From positions 6,262,001-6,326,000 of the forward strand of contig JANJGN010000034.1 of the NCBI GenBank assembly GCA_026770705.1: 64,000 nucleotides of DNA, given 5' to 3'. The DNA comes from Isurus oxyrinchus (taxonomy: Eukaryota). The position numbers and the translations under genes are program-made. The notes beneath the pieces are model-generated. The model was not told the origin of the DNA. It did no database searches and worked only from the letters and a program-made list of their open reading frames with translations. This document shows, one piece after another, positions 39,825 through 53,539 of the stretch. Positions within the stretch are counted from its first letter, which is position 1. Every line of letters starts with the position of its first letter.

Positions 39825-39851
39825 AACAAGAACTGACCATAAAAAATGAAG
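39825..39851 (+). CDS. Micro-exon E12 (27 nt): EQELTIKNE
   Basis: ttttcatggccttaatAG|aacaagaactgaccataaaaaatgaag|GTaaat. Confidence 0.8.
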
Positions 39852-40124
39852 GTAAATACGGCAGTTTATGCTATTTTTGCGACTCTAATTCATTGTGAGG
39901 CTGGCACTGGACATGGGCGCTTCCTCAAATCGCATGCGTTATTCAGTTGCATTGAACTCAACGAGAGGTGACAATAGGACCAGCGGTTTGCAGAATGATT
40001 GTCTCCTTCGTACCGATAATGATTCCCTGCCAATCATATCGTCATGCAAATGTTGGCTGCATATTCAGCAAAACTGAGCAGATTATTTGGTAATTTTCAT
40101 TCTTCATCTTTCTTTTGTTCGCAG

Positions 40125-40160
40125 AAACAGAGAAACTAAAAGTGGTGATTCTGGATTGTG
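40125..40160 (+). CDS. Micro-exon E13 (36 nt): ETEKLKVVILDC
   Basis: ctttcttttgttcgcAG|aaacagagaaactaaaagtggtgattctggattgtg|GTgagt; very strong splice sites. Confidence 0.88.
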
Positions 40161-40689
40161 GTGAGTTGATGCGATTGGATTTGGGACTCCCCACGGTCAA
40201 TGATCCCATTGCTACATCGATATTCATGCTGAAGGAACATATTTTGCGCAAAGTGGTCGTAGGATGGTGTTGGATAATGGAGTAATGTCTTTGAAGAGCA
40301 GATGTATTTACTTATCATCCAGCTGATTAAAGAACATAAAATGCCGAGGATAGATGGCAATATTAGAAAATACCGCAAAACTACCACTCCAGGGTCAAAT
40401 TCCTTTCCTCTTTGTATGATATTCAATTTAATTTCCTTCAGCGCAAGTGGATCAACGACACAGCATAACACTGCTGTCGCTTAGATAACTTCTGTTACTA
40501 CAATCCATGACAAATTTGCAACACAGAGAACTCAACAGTTAAGATAGCTTTATCAAAATATATGGATACGTTATTTAAGCTTAGATTTCCTAAGTGAATA
40601 TGCCACAGACAGTTAAAGCTGCAATATTACCTGTTCTATGCTGATTGACTTTTCACCGCTCGTCCTCTCTGAAGGCAGAATGTTCTAAC

Positions 40690-42050
40690 AGAAGCAAAGC
40701 AGGACAAATCCAATGTGCCTAATAACCGCTCCACTGGTCTATGCGCGATCATCTTCACAGTAATGGAAGGGGTCATCAACAATGCTCACAGGCAGCCAGC
40801 AGTTGCTGAGCAACAACCTGCTCACTCATGATCAGTTTTCATTCCTCCAGGGCCAATCAGCTGCTGACCGCATTACAGTCTTAATTCAAAAATGGACAAA
40901 AGTGCTGAACTCCAAAGGACAGGCGAAACTGGCTGCCTTTGACATAAAGGCCGCATGACCGATTGTGGTATCAAGGAATGTGACCAAAACTGGAGTCAGT
41001 AGGAATAAGGGGGAAATATCTCCACTGCATTGAGTCATGCCTAGCAGCAAGAAATGTACTTGTGGTTGTTGCAGTTCATCCTCAAAACAGGACAAAAATG
41101 CAGGAGTTGCCCATGGTAGTGTCCTCGGCCAAACCATGCTTGCTGCTTCGTCAATAGCCCTCATAATATCCGAATTGGGGATGCTTGCTGTCGATTGCAA
41201 AATGTTCATCACTGCTCTGATACTGCAGCAGTCCATGTCAAAATTCTGCAAGACGTGGCTTGGACTGACAATTATCATTTGCTCCACACAATTCTCAGAC
41301 AATGGCCATCTGCAACAAAACAGGATCCAACCATCGTTGCTTGATGTCCAATGCCATTACCATCACTACATCACTCACAATCAGCAGCCTGGAGGTTATC
41401 ATTTCCCTGAAACTGAACTGAACTAGTCTTGTAATACTTTGGCTACAGGGGTAGGTCAGAGGCTGCATATCATGCGGCAAGCAATTCACATCCCGATTCC
41501 CCAAAAGGCTGTCCACCATCTATAAGGCACAATCAGGAGTATGAAAGACTACTCTCCATTTGCCTGGATGAGTGCTGCTCCCACAACACACAATAAGCTT
41601 TACACCAGCCCGGACAATTCAACCTGCTTGATTGGCACCGCATCCACAAACATGCACTCCCTCCACCACCGATGCACGGTGTGCTCCATTTACAAAATTC
41701 CAGCAGGAATTGACCAAAGGCAATTCGACATAACCTGCCAAAGACACAGTCAAAACCATTTAGAAGGAAAATGGCAGCAGATAGTTGACTACATCACCAC
41801 CTGGAAGTTCCCCTGAAAATCATTCACCATCCTGGCTTGGTAATATTTCGCTCTTAATTCACTGTCGCTGGGTCAAAGGTTTGGAATTCCCTTCCGAACA
41901 TCAAGTTGGGGCCAACCTGCACCATTCAAACTGCAGCAGCGCAAGAAGGCAGCTCACCACCATCTTGTCAAGGGCAATTGTGGATGGCCAAAACATGCTG
42001 GGTTAGCCTACAAAGCCCACATCCCATGAATGAATCATAAAATAAATCTC
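40690..42050 (+). mobile_element. Decayed LINE RT + 3' tail (same family as 7790-9990)
   Basis: gcctttgacataaaggccgcatgaccgattgtggtatcaagg resembles LDIKAAFDRVWHQG; AGVAHGSVLGQT in ORF 41037-41426; tail caagggcaattgtggatggccaaaacatgctgg...atcccatgaatgaat. Confidence 0.75.
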
Positions 42051-43448
42051 AATTGAACGGCTAAAATTTCACTCAAAATGACCAGAAATGATGTGTGCAC
42101 ATATAAAGCTCATGCAGCATTTTTAACATCTGATTAGAACGTTCGCCTTGGTGATATTATTCCCGACATAGCAGGAATTGTAAATAGGTTGCAGCACCAA
42201 AAAGGACAATTTAAGCCCACCTAGTGCATTTATGCCCCTTGCACCTCCATTTAAACCCGTTAAAGTATATGGCTCGCTGCTCATATATTTATCCAATATC
42301 TTCGCCCTCAGTTTATAGCCATTATTAACATTATAGCCCCTGAGATAGAAAGTTGTGGTTTGCTGTCACACTACAAACCTGGTGAACGAATGCCTTGCAG
42401 AAATTCGGAGTTGGAAGGACATAAGGAATGATGCACTCTATGAAGTTACACTGAATCATTGCCTCCCTGTAGAATGGATAATACATTTTGCACTCAGTTA
42501 TTTAGAGTATGCAAAGTGATGTTCGCCCTGGTGCCTCGGCTCAGTATGCCAGTTAGCCAAAAGATCAAAGCAGATTTGTTGATCAATAAGACATTCATGT
42601 TTGTCGAGCTTTTCGGTGGGAATGTTGGCTGTCACTCTTCCCAAACTACAAGAGTGACTTCGCTTCAAGAAACTTAATTGGCGATGAAACCTTTTATTGT
42701 TTGTTGAGCATACAGTTATACGACGGGAAAGCCAATGGGGAGAAAAGAAATCGATTTCTACATTTCTTTCCGAAGAGAAATTATCTAAAATTCAGATGTT
42801 ACACTCACTTCCCGACGTCCTGTGGTGCAGTGTTTGCGTCTCCACCTCTGCAGAAAAAATCATGAGGTTCAGGCACAATTCTGCGCCATGATAGCCCGCA
42901 AATTGCCCTCATTACGTTGCAAAGCAGGTGGCTTATCAGCCTTTAATCATTTGAATATGCCGGATGGCAGGCAAAAAGAGTTTCCTGGTCAGCCATCCTG
43001 CAGAAAGCAACAGCAAACCACTAAAGTTCTTTATCAAGCATTACCTTGGACCAATCCAATGGAAGACATTAGATGTCTACACCCTCTTTATGCATTTAAC
43101 TTCAGGGATGAAGATGGACTTCAATCAATCAATTAGGCAGATTTAGACATTTCATCACTCCTTAGATAATCTACTTTCCGAAGAATCCCCTATTGAGTTA
43201 TTGAGTGTCTGACCTATATTTATAGCCTTAATTTTATCCATCCAACAATCAAACTATCGTTTATGATAGCTTAAACCTTTAGAGTGTTAAAGTTCTTTTT
43301 CAGGGCAATTTCTATCCTTCTCTGTTGTATAACAGTGAAGAATTCCATCAAATTAACCCTTTCCTGATAGTTACCAACTTATATATTTTCCGTTCTCTTA
43401 TCACCCATGTAAACACACAAAAAATGTTTTCATTTATATTGTTCACAG

Positions 43449-43475
43449 AGCAAAAACTAACTGAGAAAAATGCAG
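43449..43475 (+). CDS. Micro-exon E14 (27 nt): EQKLTEKNA
   Basis: ttatattgttcacAG|agcaaaaactaactgagaaaaatgcag|GTaagt. Confidence 0.87.
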
Positions 43476-45303
43476 GTAAGTGAATGACTTGCACTCTGTT
43501 TTTGGGATATATTGAGGATTGAAATCTATAGGCAGTGAAACTTCCCAGTTGACATTAAGTTTCGTTGATGCCAAATAAATTGAATATCTGAGGAGGAGCA
43601 CAACTGGTCTCAGAATTGCTAGCGCCCTTGGAGTGCTATGGAACGGCGACGTTCAAGATTATTATTAATTTATCGGAAACTCTTTTCCATTTTACTATCA
43701 TTATGTTCAATGTCTCATAATGTGATGGCTAAACACTTGCTAGGCAATGATGCCAAGGGCTACGATGAGAGCCAATTCAATAAGAGTTCAGTTATAGGTC
43801 ACCCAATGTCCAGTTGAATATCCTCATGCGTAACCACTTCAGCATGAAGACGGCATACAATAATCTCGCCATGACTCCAATTTGCCTTGTAATACTGTAG
43901 CATATACAGCATGACTCCATTGCTGGAGTGTTTAGTCAGCAGAGTAGGAAGCGGAAAGATTGAAAAGACGATAGAGCAAGAAATATAATGACCAACCAAG
44001 AAAATTGTAAAATGCATACAATAATAATGATGGGGGATTTCAGTTCTCCAGGAATTTATTGTTTAGAAAAGAGGGCTTAATTTAAAAGAGGATTTAATTT
44101 ATCTAAATGGTGTAAACATTGGAAACCAAAACCCCATTATTAAGTTGCTGGACGAGATTAAATCGGTTGTGTTGAATGCGAATTGACCATATATATGTCA
44201 GAGCAATTTCAGCATAGACAAGCCTAAGGTATTATATTTTCATTATACAAATAAAGAAGTCATATATCCCGTGAAATGTAAAGCTACATGAGGCAGAGGA
44301 GAAGAAGAGTGTGAGGCAAAAGCTCCTTGAAACCCCGAGAACAGTTGTTAAGATCAATAAAAATGTAAAGCAAACACGAGACATAATTATAAGAATCATG
44401 AAATTGACAAGTATAGTGGTCAAAACATATTCGGTTAAACCCTTGATTCAAACACAATTAGCATTCTATGCAGAGTCCTGCATTATGCATGCGTGATACC
44501 ACAGCGTAGAGCATATCACTATCAAGAAGGATAGGCATTTTTTTTATTCTCTTCCTGAGCCACTATAATGGACTTGCTTAGAAATAAGAGGTGGCATCGG
44601 CAGAATAGACAAGGAAAAGAGTTTTCTCTTGGGAAGTTTTAAGTTAGAGCCAACAACACACTATAACCACCAAGAAAGAAATTTTGAAATCAAAACATCG
44701 GTCTTTACTGAAAGATTCATGATACGGTGAAAGACAACAGTAAAGTTGTTAGTTGAGGCGAATTGCACATAACTGTTTTAGGGGAACATTCATAAGTATT
44801 TAAGGGCCAATGATTCAAAGGTTATACCGATAGAGTGGGAGGAGCAGGGAGGGCGGAGTTTCACGTACCGAGCGCATGGTAATCCGGCCTGGTCAGGTAA
44901 AGTAGCCTTAAGTTGTGCGGCCCACAAAATGTAACTTTCATGTAATTCCATTCTGTAACATTCAGCTTTTAAGAAAAAATCTTCTCAACCCTGCTCTCCC
45001 ATTTTCTCCAAATTATGTTAAACCTTTATTCTCAATTACTACTCGTTACCTTGGATATGCCAACTCAACCTCCCAGAATCTTGTCCCTCCCAGGAAGAAA
45101 AAGAACATAACTTTTCTTGGAATCCATGTCACCAAAGCTGCTCATTCCTGGTGCTATGCAATTAAGGCTCCTTTTGGCAAAATCTACGAATAATTCTTGA
45201 AGGATGATACCCAAAAGGATACATGATATGTCGGTGCAAGTCGAACTAGTGATTTATCACCGTTTGGTATTTCTCACAACATGATTCTCACATTTGCTCG
45301 TAG

Positions 45304-45339
45304 AGATGAAGAAAATGAAAGAGAACATCTCGGATTGCG
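45304..45339 (+). CDS. Micro-exon E15 (36 nt): EMKKMKENISDC
   Basis: catttgctcgtAG|agatgaagaaaatgaaagagaacatctcggattgcg|GTaagc; paralog of E1. Confidence 0.87.
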
Positions 45340-46730
45340 GTAAGCTATTTGCTTTTGCTTAATGTCCTTTACTACGAAATTAATTATCACATTCATTGAT
45401 CGCCTTTATATTACCCAGATCCACCACAGCAGCTCTATCTCCTACACAGTTGAAAGGCTGGTTAACGATTAGCACTGCTTTGAGTTCAATGCATGTTAAA
45501 GTTACTGTGTCATCCATTCCATATTTCTTCCACTCATATCTCTGCGAGGAGAATTTGTGCCTTCAACTGCCACTTTGGGCGCTCTGAGCTCTATCATCCA
45601 GGCAGGCAATCCTCATCCTGAGCCCCCGGGAATTCTTGCATTGGTGGAGAGACTGTCTTCCCTCTCAGGGTGAATATATAAGATCTCCGGCTGTCGATTC
45701 ATAAAAATGCACGAGTTACTCCCCTCTTCCTAATGCCAATATTTATCAAACAGCGTCAGTAAGGTTCATTTTTGTCAGTATGGTCTGAAATGCCTCTTAC
45801 TCTGGTAAACTTGGAATCCTATTCCCTGGGTTAGAAAGGTGCTAAGTTTGTTGTATCAAATTTCGTAGCACCCTCAGCGCAAAAAGCGCAAAATGAATCC
45901 AAGTGTTTGTTTTCTAGAGAAGCATATCAAATCATGGACAGGTGTCGAAACGTTGGTGCAGTTTTTGGTGATTGATAATTTTTGGCTGTGACATGTTGAA
46001 GAAAGATTGGCGTTTAAATTGCGCGTTTCACTGCTGCAGGATCTAGCAAAGCTCTATTTCAGCAATTTGCGCACAGCTTGGTGCTACCTGAATCCGATAA
46101 TGCGAAGATAAATATTTTTTTCACTGTTTGATTATTGGACATGTTGGCTTGGAAACATGGGATACCTATTCGAATATAATGGATATGTTGTTGTACGTCC
46201 ACCAGCGAAACGACAGGTAGTTTAATATTTAACAGTGTGCATGTCATTTCAGCAGTGTAAGACGGCGTTTCAGCTTGCACTTTACTTCAAAGCTCCGGAG
46301 TGGGACTTCAACCCAGTCTCTGATAGCGAGACGAGCAAACTGCCAACTGAGATATTGTTGGATCACGCCATCCCTTCGAGTAGGATACACTCAATCACTG
46401 TTTCTAGAGGTGGTAACCGAGAATTGAACCCATGTTAATTCATGAAGTAGCCCTCACCAAAAAATATGTAATTTTTATTAATGGGTAAATTAACTTAGGA
46501 GCCGTGCGTTTAACGCACAGGCTAATATCCTTTTCAAATGTAGTTCGAAAGATCAAATATTTCATTGGAATTATGTTTAGGAACCGAAGATCTATCACCA
46601 CTGTATCATTGCACCAAACATGAACTTTTCTCCAATATGTGCCCTTCGCTGGTGTTTTTCCCCCAATTGAGCTGTTATTGGTATTCATCATTGTGTTACT
46701 TACTATTTACTGCAAATATGTTGCTCATAG

Positions 46731-46757
46731 AAGAAAAGTTAAAGGTCAATCAGAAAG
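46731..46757 (+). CDS. Micro-exon E16 (27 nt): EEKLKVNQK
   Basis: gttgctcatAG|aagaaaagttaaaggtcaatcagaaag|GTaaat; paralog of E2. Confidence 0.85.
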
Positions 46758-47399
46758 GTAAATATGTCTGAATGGTTTCATGTCACAACAAAAATAGAGA
46801 ATGAGTGAGATGTAAAAAAAAACTGTTTCATAAACATGAAGCCAGAACTGAGACGTTTCACCTATACAGGCATAAATAAATTAGGAAATAAAGTGAAAGG
46901 ACTGCAGGACCACCTGGAAATATTTACAAAGTGGATAGGCACACGCCTTTTTTTAAAACATTCACAACAGATACAATTTGGTAGCAAGGCTGCAGAGATG
47001 CTGTATCAGTGAAATGGGGTCCAGGCACACAATAGCTAGTATTACATGACTGGATGCGTTGAGCATGCCGAATGATATTATACAAAATAAGAATAGGCCA
47101 TGTTGCCCTGACCCCCAATTCCACCATTCAATAATACCGTGGCGGATTCTCTTTCTTATAAAAACATCCAGTTGCTTTTGCAGTTTCCCACTTAACTGCA
47201 GAGACCCACAGTCCGTTCCATGAAGAGGTTTCATCTAAGTTCTCTCATCAATTACCAAAACATGTATTGTATTTTTCTGACCCTATGCTCTAAACGTAAC
47301 ACGTGTTATATTTAATATTTACAAGCAGATCAGTAGCTCCCTACTAAGGCTGAAGAACTTTATTTAGGGTATTCAGCTAGAGTAGACTTTTATTCACGC

Positions 47400-50300
47400 A
47401 CAGTCAGCGAAATCATTGGTTAAATTCTTACCTGCTTGTGGTTATTGTAACCAATCATTTCATGCAAGAAATCACCGAGGAGTTCTTCAGGTTAGTGCCC
47501 TTGGCCAAGCATTTTCAGCTGCTTCATTCACAATATACCCTCCAGCATGTGTCCAGAAGAAGGGATTTTGACTGATTATTACAGATTTTTCCCTATTATG
47601 AGCGACTGCTCAGATACTGAATATATCCTTGCCACATTCAGGAAGGAATGTAAACACTTCCGACTTTGGCTGCCAAGTTGCAAGTCACATTCATTTTCCA
47701 CAGATTCAACCAATGGATATTTCTGACAAGAAAGAATGGAATAAGCTAAACTTCAGAATCTGTGGTCCTCACCTGGGCTGGGCTAGGTGTAACTCCAGAT
47801 CCGCAGTAATGTGCCTAGCAAGTTACTCCGTTTCATGGAACTGCTGCAAAACTGCAAATGAAACTGACTTTCTCGACTCTGGGGGCTGAGAGGTTACGTA
47901 GGCAATAGCCTGGAAATGCCCAGTGGCTGAACCTATGGAACACGCATAGTACTTGCTATATAGAAGCAAAATTTGCAAGCCTGACATTGTCCGAGCCACG
48001 AATCAGACACCATTACTGCTCCACCAGTTGAGTTAGCTGCACCCTGGTATACACTCGAGAGGGAGTTGCCTGACAGTGCTCAACTCGGACTGCGCCCTTT
48101 CCTTCCCACCTCCCTTCAACTCTCCAAAAGGCTCATCACATCAGGTCAAACATGGGAAACCTGCTGACTAACAAAAACTGCCACTACCCCACTGTCCACA
48201 AGCTCAGTAGCACTAAAGGACGTGACTGCTAAACTGGGTCTGCGGCAGATGGTGAGGGAACCAACGCTAGGGAAAACAAAGTAGACTTTGTCCTCACCAA
48301 CCTGTCTGCCACAGTTGCTCCTGTACATCTGTCCATCCAGCATGAAGGACAACCGCACAGTTCTGGTAGAGATGAAGGACATTCTTCACGTTGTGTAAAC
48401 CCTTGTTTTCTTTTCTATGGAAGGTCCACCGCGCTAAATGGAGCATATTTCGAACATATTTAGCAATTCAATACTGAGCAAGCAAGAGGCGCTCTGAGCC
48501 ATCAGCAGCAGCAGAATTACACTCAGCCACAATGTGTAACCACATAGCCCGACGTATCCCCCACTATACTATTACCACCATGCCGGGGGATTAATCATGG
48601 TCAACCAAGAGTTAAGGAAGCCAACCAGCAGCAGCAGCAGGCATAGCTCCTACGAGGCATCAGCTTGGTGAAGCAACAACTCAGAGCTACTTGAGTGCTA
48701 AGCAACATGAGCAAGTGATAGAAAGAGATCAGAGCTTCTCCAACCAACGGATCAGATCTAAGCTCTACACTCCTTCCACTTCCAGTCGTGAATGGTGGTG
48801 GACAAGTAAACAAGTCAGTGGAGGAAAAGTTTCCACAAATATATTCATTCTTAATGATCGAAGAATACTTAATTGGTGCAAAAGATAAGGCTGAATCATT
48901 CACAGGAATTTTCAGTCAGACGCAGAGTGGGTGATCCACCTAGGTCAACTCCAGTGGTCCTCTTCATCAGCCTTCAGCTATTTTAATTCACTCTGCATGC
49001 TATCAGGTAACGGCTTGGGACTATGGGCCTAACAATATTCTGTCGATAGCTTTATCAAGACCTGTGCTCTAGATCTTGCCTTGCTTTTCCAGTACATCTA
49101 CAACACAGACTTCTACCTGGCAATAAAGGAAATGGCACTGTTTTCCCAAATTGTGCCTTACTTTAAAACTAGGACAATTCTAATCAGGCCAGTTACTGCT
49201 CCAACAGTCTAGTTTCACTCATCAGTAAAGTGATGGAAGTGGTCATCAACAGAGATATCAAGTGCCAATTATTCAGCAATAAACTACTCAATGACACTCA
49301 GTTTGAATTCCACCACGTTCACGAGGTTTATGAGCTCAAATAGCCTTGGTTCACACATGGACAAGGGAAGCTATCACCAGAAGTGAGGTGAGAGTGACTG
49401 CCCTTGACATAATGGCAGTATTTAAACGAGCGTGGCATCATGGATTTCGAGCAAAACTAAAGTCAATAAAAATCAGGGGGAACATATCCTCCCGTTGGAG
49501 TCCTGCAAAGCACCAAGGAAGATGATTGCCGTTGTTGGAGGTCAATCATCTCAATTCCAGGACATTGATTAAGGAGTTTCTCGTGGTAGTGTCCTATGCC
49601 CACCGATCTTTAGCTTCTTCATCAATGAGCTACTTCCCATCATAACTTCAGAAGTGTGGATGCTCTCTGAATATGCACAATGTTGATCACAAGTCATGAC
49701 TTCTCAGATACTGAAGGAGACCATGAACACATGCAGAAACACCAGACAATCTCCAGTCTTGTGCTGACAAGTGACAAGTAACTTTTGCATGGCACAAGTG
49801 TCGGCAATGAAGATCTCCAACAGTAGAGAATCTAACCATCGTCCCTTGAAGTTCAATAACATAATCATCACTGAATCCCCAACTATCAACAACTTGGTAG
49901 TTAACGTTGACTAGAAAGTGAACTGGACTAGCTATATAAACATAGTGAATACAAGGGCAGGTCAGCGGCTAGGAATCATGTTGCTTGTAACTCAACTCAT
50001 AACACCCCAAAGCATTTCCACCATCTAAAAGGTACGAGTCATTTGCCTGTCTGACTACAGATCCAAAAGCACTCAACAAGATTCACAACATCCAAGACAA
50101 ATTAGCATGCTTGATTGGTGTCGCTTCCAAAAGCATTCACTCCCTCCATCACGGATGCAATGTGGCAGGAGTATGTACCACCTACAAGATACACAGCAAA
50201 ACTCACCAAGGTTCCTTAGGCAAAACCTGACAACCATCTAGAAAGAGAATGACAGAAGACATAAGGAACACCACCACCTGTAAATTGCATTCTAAGCCAC

Positions 50301-50520
50301 TCACCATCCTGAAATGGATATACATCACTGTTCCGTCACTGCCAATTGGTGAAAATGTTGGAACTGCCTCGTTAACAGCACTGTGGGCGTTGCTGCACCA
50401 CAGGGCCTGAATCAGTTCATGAATACAGCTCATCACCACCTTCTGCAGGAAGATTAAGAATGGACAATAAATGCTGGTCTAGCCAGCAATGTACTCATCA
50501 CGCTTAATAATAAGAAACAC
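47400..50520 (+). mobile_element. Copy-2 paralog of the LINE at 7790-9990, longer by ~960 bp
   Basis: ctgggtctgcggcagatggtgagggaaccaacg = LGLRQMVREPT; ORF 48691-48888 RIRSKLYTPSTSSREWWWT; colinear with copy 1. Confidence 0.8.
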
Positions 50521-50977
50521 CCATGACGAAGCAGAATTTCTGATCTTTAGCTCCTTATCCAACATAAACACATAATCCTTCCCTCCAAGTGCCTTCAACG
50601 TGTGTAACCTCCAGGAGTATATTGCAGCAATTCATCAAACATCTTTGGACAACACTTTCCAAACTCGAGACGTCTACCACTTTAAAAGCCAAGGGCATCA
50701 AACCAATTGGAATGCCACCAACTACCCATTCCTGATTGAATGAAAGTCCTCCGTCCATTTTTCGCTGGTGCAAACAATCGAGCTTCACCTTCTGCAAATT
50801 GCGCTATTATCCAAATCTATATATGATGACCGATCCACTCGGGTCTTTCACCCTCCTCACTCAAATGGTGGCATAGGCTTCAGTGATCGGTTCTGCAACG
50901 CAGAATACCACTGTACCCAACCTCCTTCTATGCTCGAATCAATCCGTTCATTACGATATCTCACCTCTCTTCTACAG

Positions 50978-51013
50978 AACTGGATAAACTGAAAAGTGAT
51001 CTCGAAGATTGTG
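50978..51013 (+). CDS. Micro-exon E17 (36 nt): ELDKLKSDLEDC
   Basis: cctctcttctacAG|aactggataaactgaaaagtgatctcgaagattgtg|GTaagt; paralog of E3. Confidence 0.9.
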
Positions 51014-52041
51014 GTAAGTAGAAAAATATTGAAGGGATTTCTCGTTAGCAACCACCAGGGGCAACTCTTCATTTTCACAAGAAAATAAATTTAAATTAAT
51101 AGTCCAGGATCATGCAATTTGACAGAAATTAACTAATTGGCATTTTATGGTCCACTGGAGCCTCCTGCCATAGAACCACAAAAAGGTCTATCAACAGCGT
51201 CATCTAAACACAACAAGTCATTTCTCCCTCAGGTGTTGGTCTAATTCCGCCTTGACCTCATGTCTCTTACTGTCTTTAACTACCGCATGTTCTTAGCGAA
51301 TTCTACATTTTCATCAAGCGCTACATTTATAAACGTATCCTCACTTTGTTTGTTATTTATTGACTAACGTGTGCACATGGTACTTAGATTCAGACTCTGC
51401 AACCAATGTAAATTTCTTCCTAGATCTTCTCGTTTAGGCTATATTTCTGTGAACGATCTTCCCTTTGCTCGATTAAGGACCAAACGTCTCTTTCTCATGT
51501 TAACATAATTGTTTTTAAAGACAATAAAAGCTATGCAATTAAGCATAGGGTTGACCGAGGGCCTTAAAACAAACAAAACGAATGATCAAGAATTATGATG
51601 CTACATGATGTTACTTAATATTTCTTCCATCATGAGGAACGATCATTTGCAATAGCACAAATTCGACTGCCTTACTTGGAAATCATAGACCCTTAAAGAA
51701 AAAAAAATGACTTCATAGGGCCTCTCGCACTGAAGTTGTTCTTTGGAATGATATCGCGTTAACCCACTGCTAAGAACTTTCGTGATAATCACAATCATTT
51801 ATCCCCATTGTTCCTTCAACCAATCCACGAGGAACATTGAAAGAAGAGGCGACCATTCACCCACTCAAAACCTGGAACGCCAATCAAATGAAAATTGCTG
51901 GCCTAAGAATTAACACGTTATATACGTTTTTTTCCCCCGGTATCTCGTAATGCAACTGAAATGGGGGCAGGCAGATAAACATTTACAAAACTGTTTTATT
52001 AAAGGTGTTTTATTATTCACCCACTAATCATCTTATTTTAG

Positions 52042-52068
52042 TACTAAAGCTGGCCAACACACAAAAAG
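52042..52068 (+). CDS. Micro-exon E18 (27 nt): VLKLANTQK
   Basis: catcttattttAG|tactaaagctggccaacacacaaaaag|GTaaca; paralog of E4. Confidence 0.82.
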
Positions 52069-53539
52069 GTAACACAGGAGTTATTGTTCATTTTAATTTC
52101 CAATGTTTGTTTCTATATGTCTTATTATTCTAACCAATATACGCACTATTAGAATTTGTTCCTGAAGAAAAAAAATTTGTACACTGCACATTTAACTTAT
52201 AGGGTGAAATCTTCAGTGTTTGCAGGTGGCTGGTGTTTATCAGAATTTGCTCCAAAACAAATCCCTAAAAAGAAACCGTTTCTTTCTTCCAGGGATGGGC
52301 CAGCATTTAGTATATTCACCTCCTGCTCTATAAACTGGGGCACAATTGTCTCCAATCATAGAGGCATTGTCCATAGAAAATAAAGTGTACAGTTCGAGGT
52401 CAGGCGAAACGAACCATCTGGCCAAAGTTGGCATTTGTGCTGATCAAGAGGTTCCTCCGAAAGCACTTTATCTCATCCTATCAGTGTATTGACCTTTTCG
52501 TTTCAAATATGTTTATTTAGCTTTCCCTTGAAAGCAGCAACAGTGTTTATGTTTTAATATTCTTTCAAGAGTTGTGGGAGGAGCTTATTAGACAGGTTCA
52601 GAGGATGGATGACAGTTTACCATGTTGTCCTGAGTCCGGAGACAAATGCAAGTTGGACTTGGTCATGAAGGGAGATTGCCCTCCTGAACGTGCTTTCATG
52701 AAACATTTTTTTTTAATTTTGCTTGTTATTCTTACAATTGATGGCAGATGCCATGGTCAAAATTATTACGAATGGTTTTCAATTTCTCATCCATAAATTA
52801 TTTGAATGCAAATTCCACAAGCAGGAGTGGTAACTTTTGGATCCCTGTTTGCAGATAATTGCAGATAGCTTTGTTCTCTGGTATATTTGCACAGAAGGAT
52901 TATCGCTATTCCAGCATGCCCCTTGAAATTTGGGTCATCTATGCCTTGTGTTGGTGTGCACGACTATCTCAACACACTATGGACACAGAGGATTGACTTA
53001 ACGTCTTTATTTGATTCATTGGCATTTTTTTCTTATTTTTTGTCAAAACAGTTCAAACATTGCAGACCCTTTTCAGGTCATGTTCTCTTTCGCTACAAAT
53101 GCAGTCACAACTTTTTCAGTCTTTTCTTATAGAGGGAAACCTCTCAGATCTGAATTCTGTCTTTTTCTTCCCTTCTCCAATAGCTCTGAATCTTTTAAAA
53201 ACAAATTTATGCAGATTGCTGTATTCCTGGGATTCAAATGAGAGTGGGAAAATGAACTGAGACAACACCAGCAAATAAATTGTTCAGTATTATTGAAAAA
53301 AAATAGATATCTTAAACCAGCTTTTATTGATTTAGTGAGGGCTTTAAACTAAACAGGCGGGGTGAGGGATCAAACTTGGGTAGAGATAGGAATCCAAGGA
53401 GTAGAGTCAAGACAGGGGAACAAAATAGTGATATGAAAAATGAGGGACAGCAAATGGCAGGGAGGGAAAGACAGACAACATCTAACAATGCATCAACATT
53501 CTGGACTAGAAATTGCAGTTGTAACAAAAAAGACTAACC

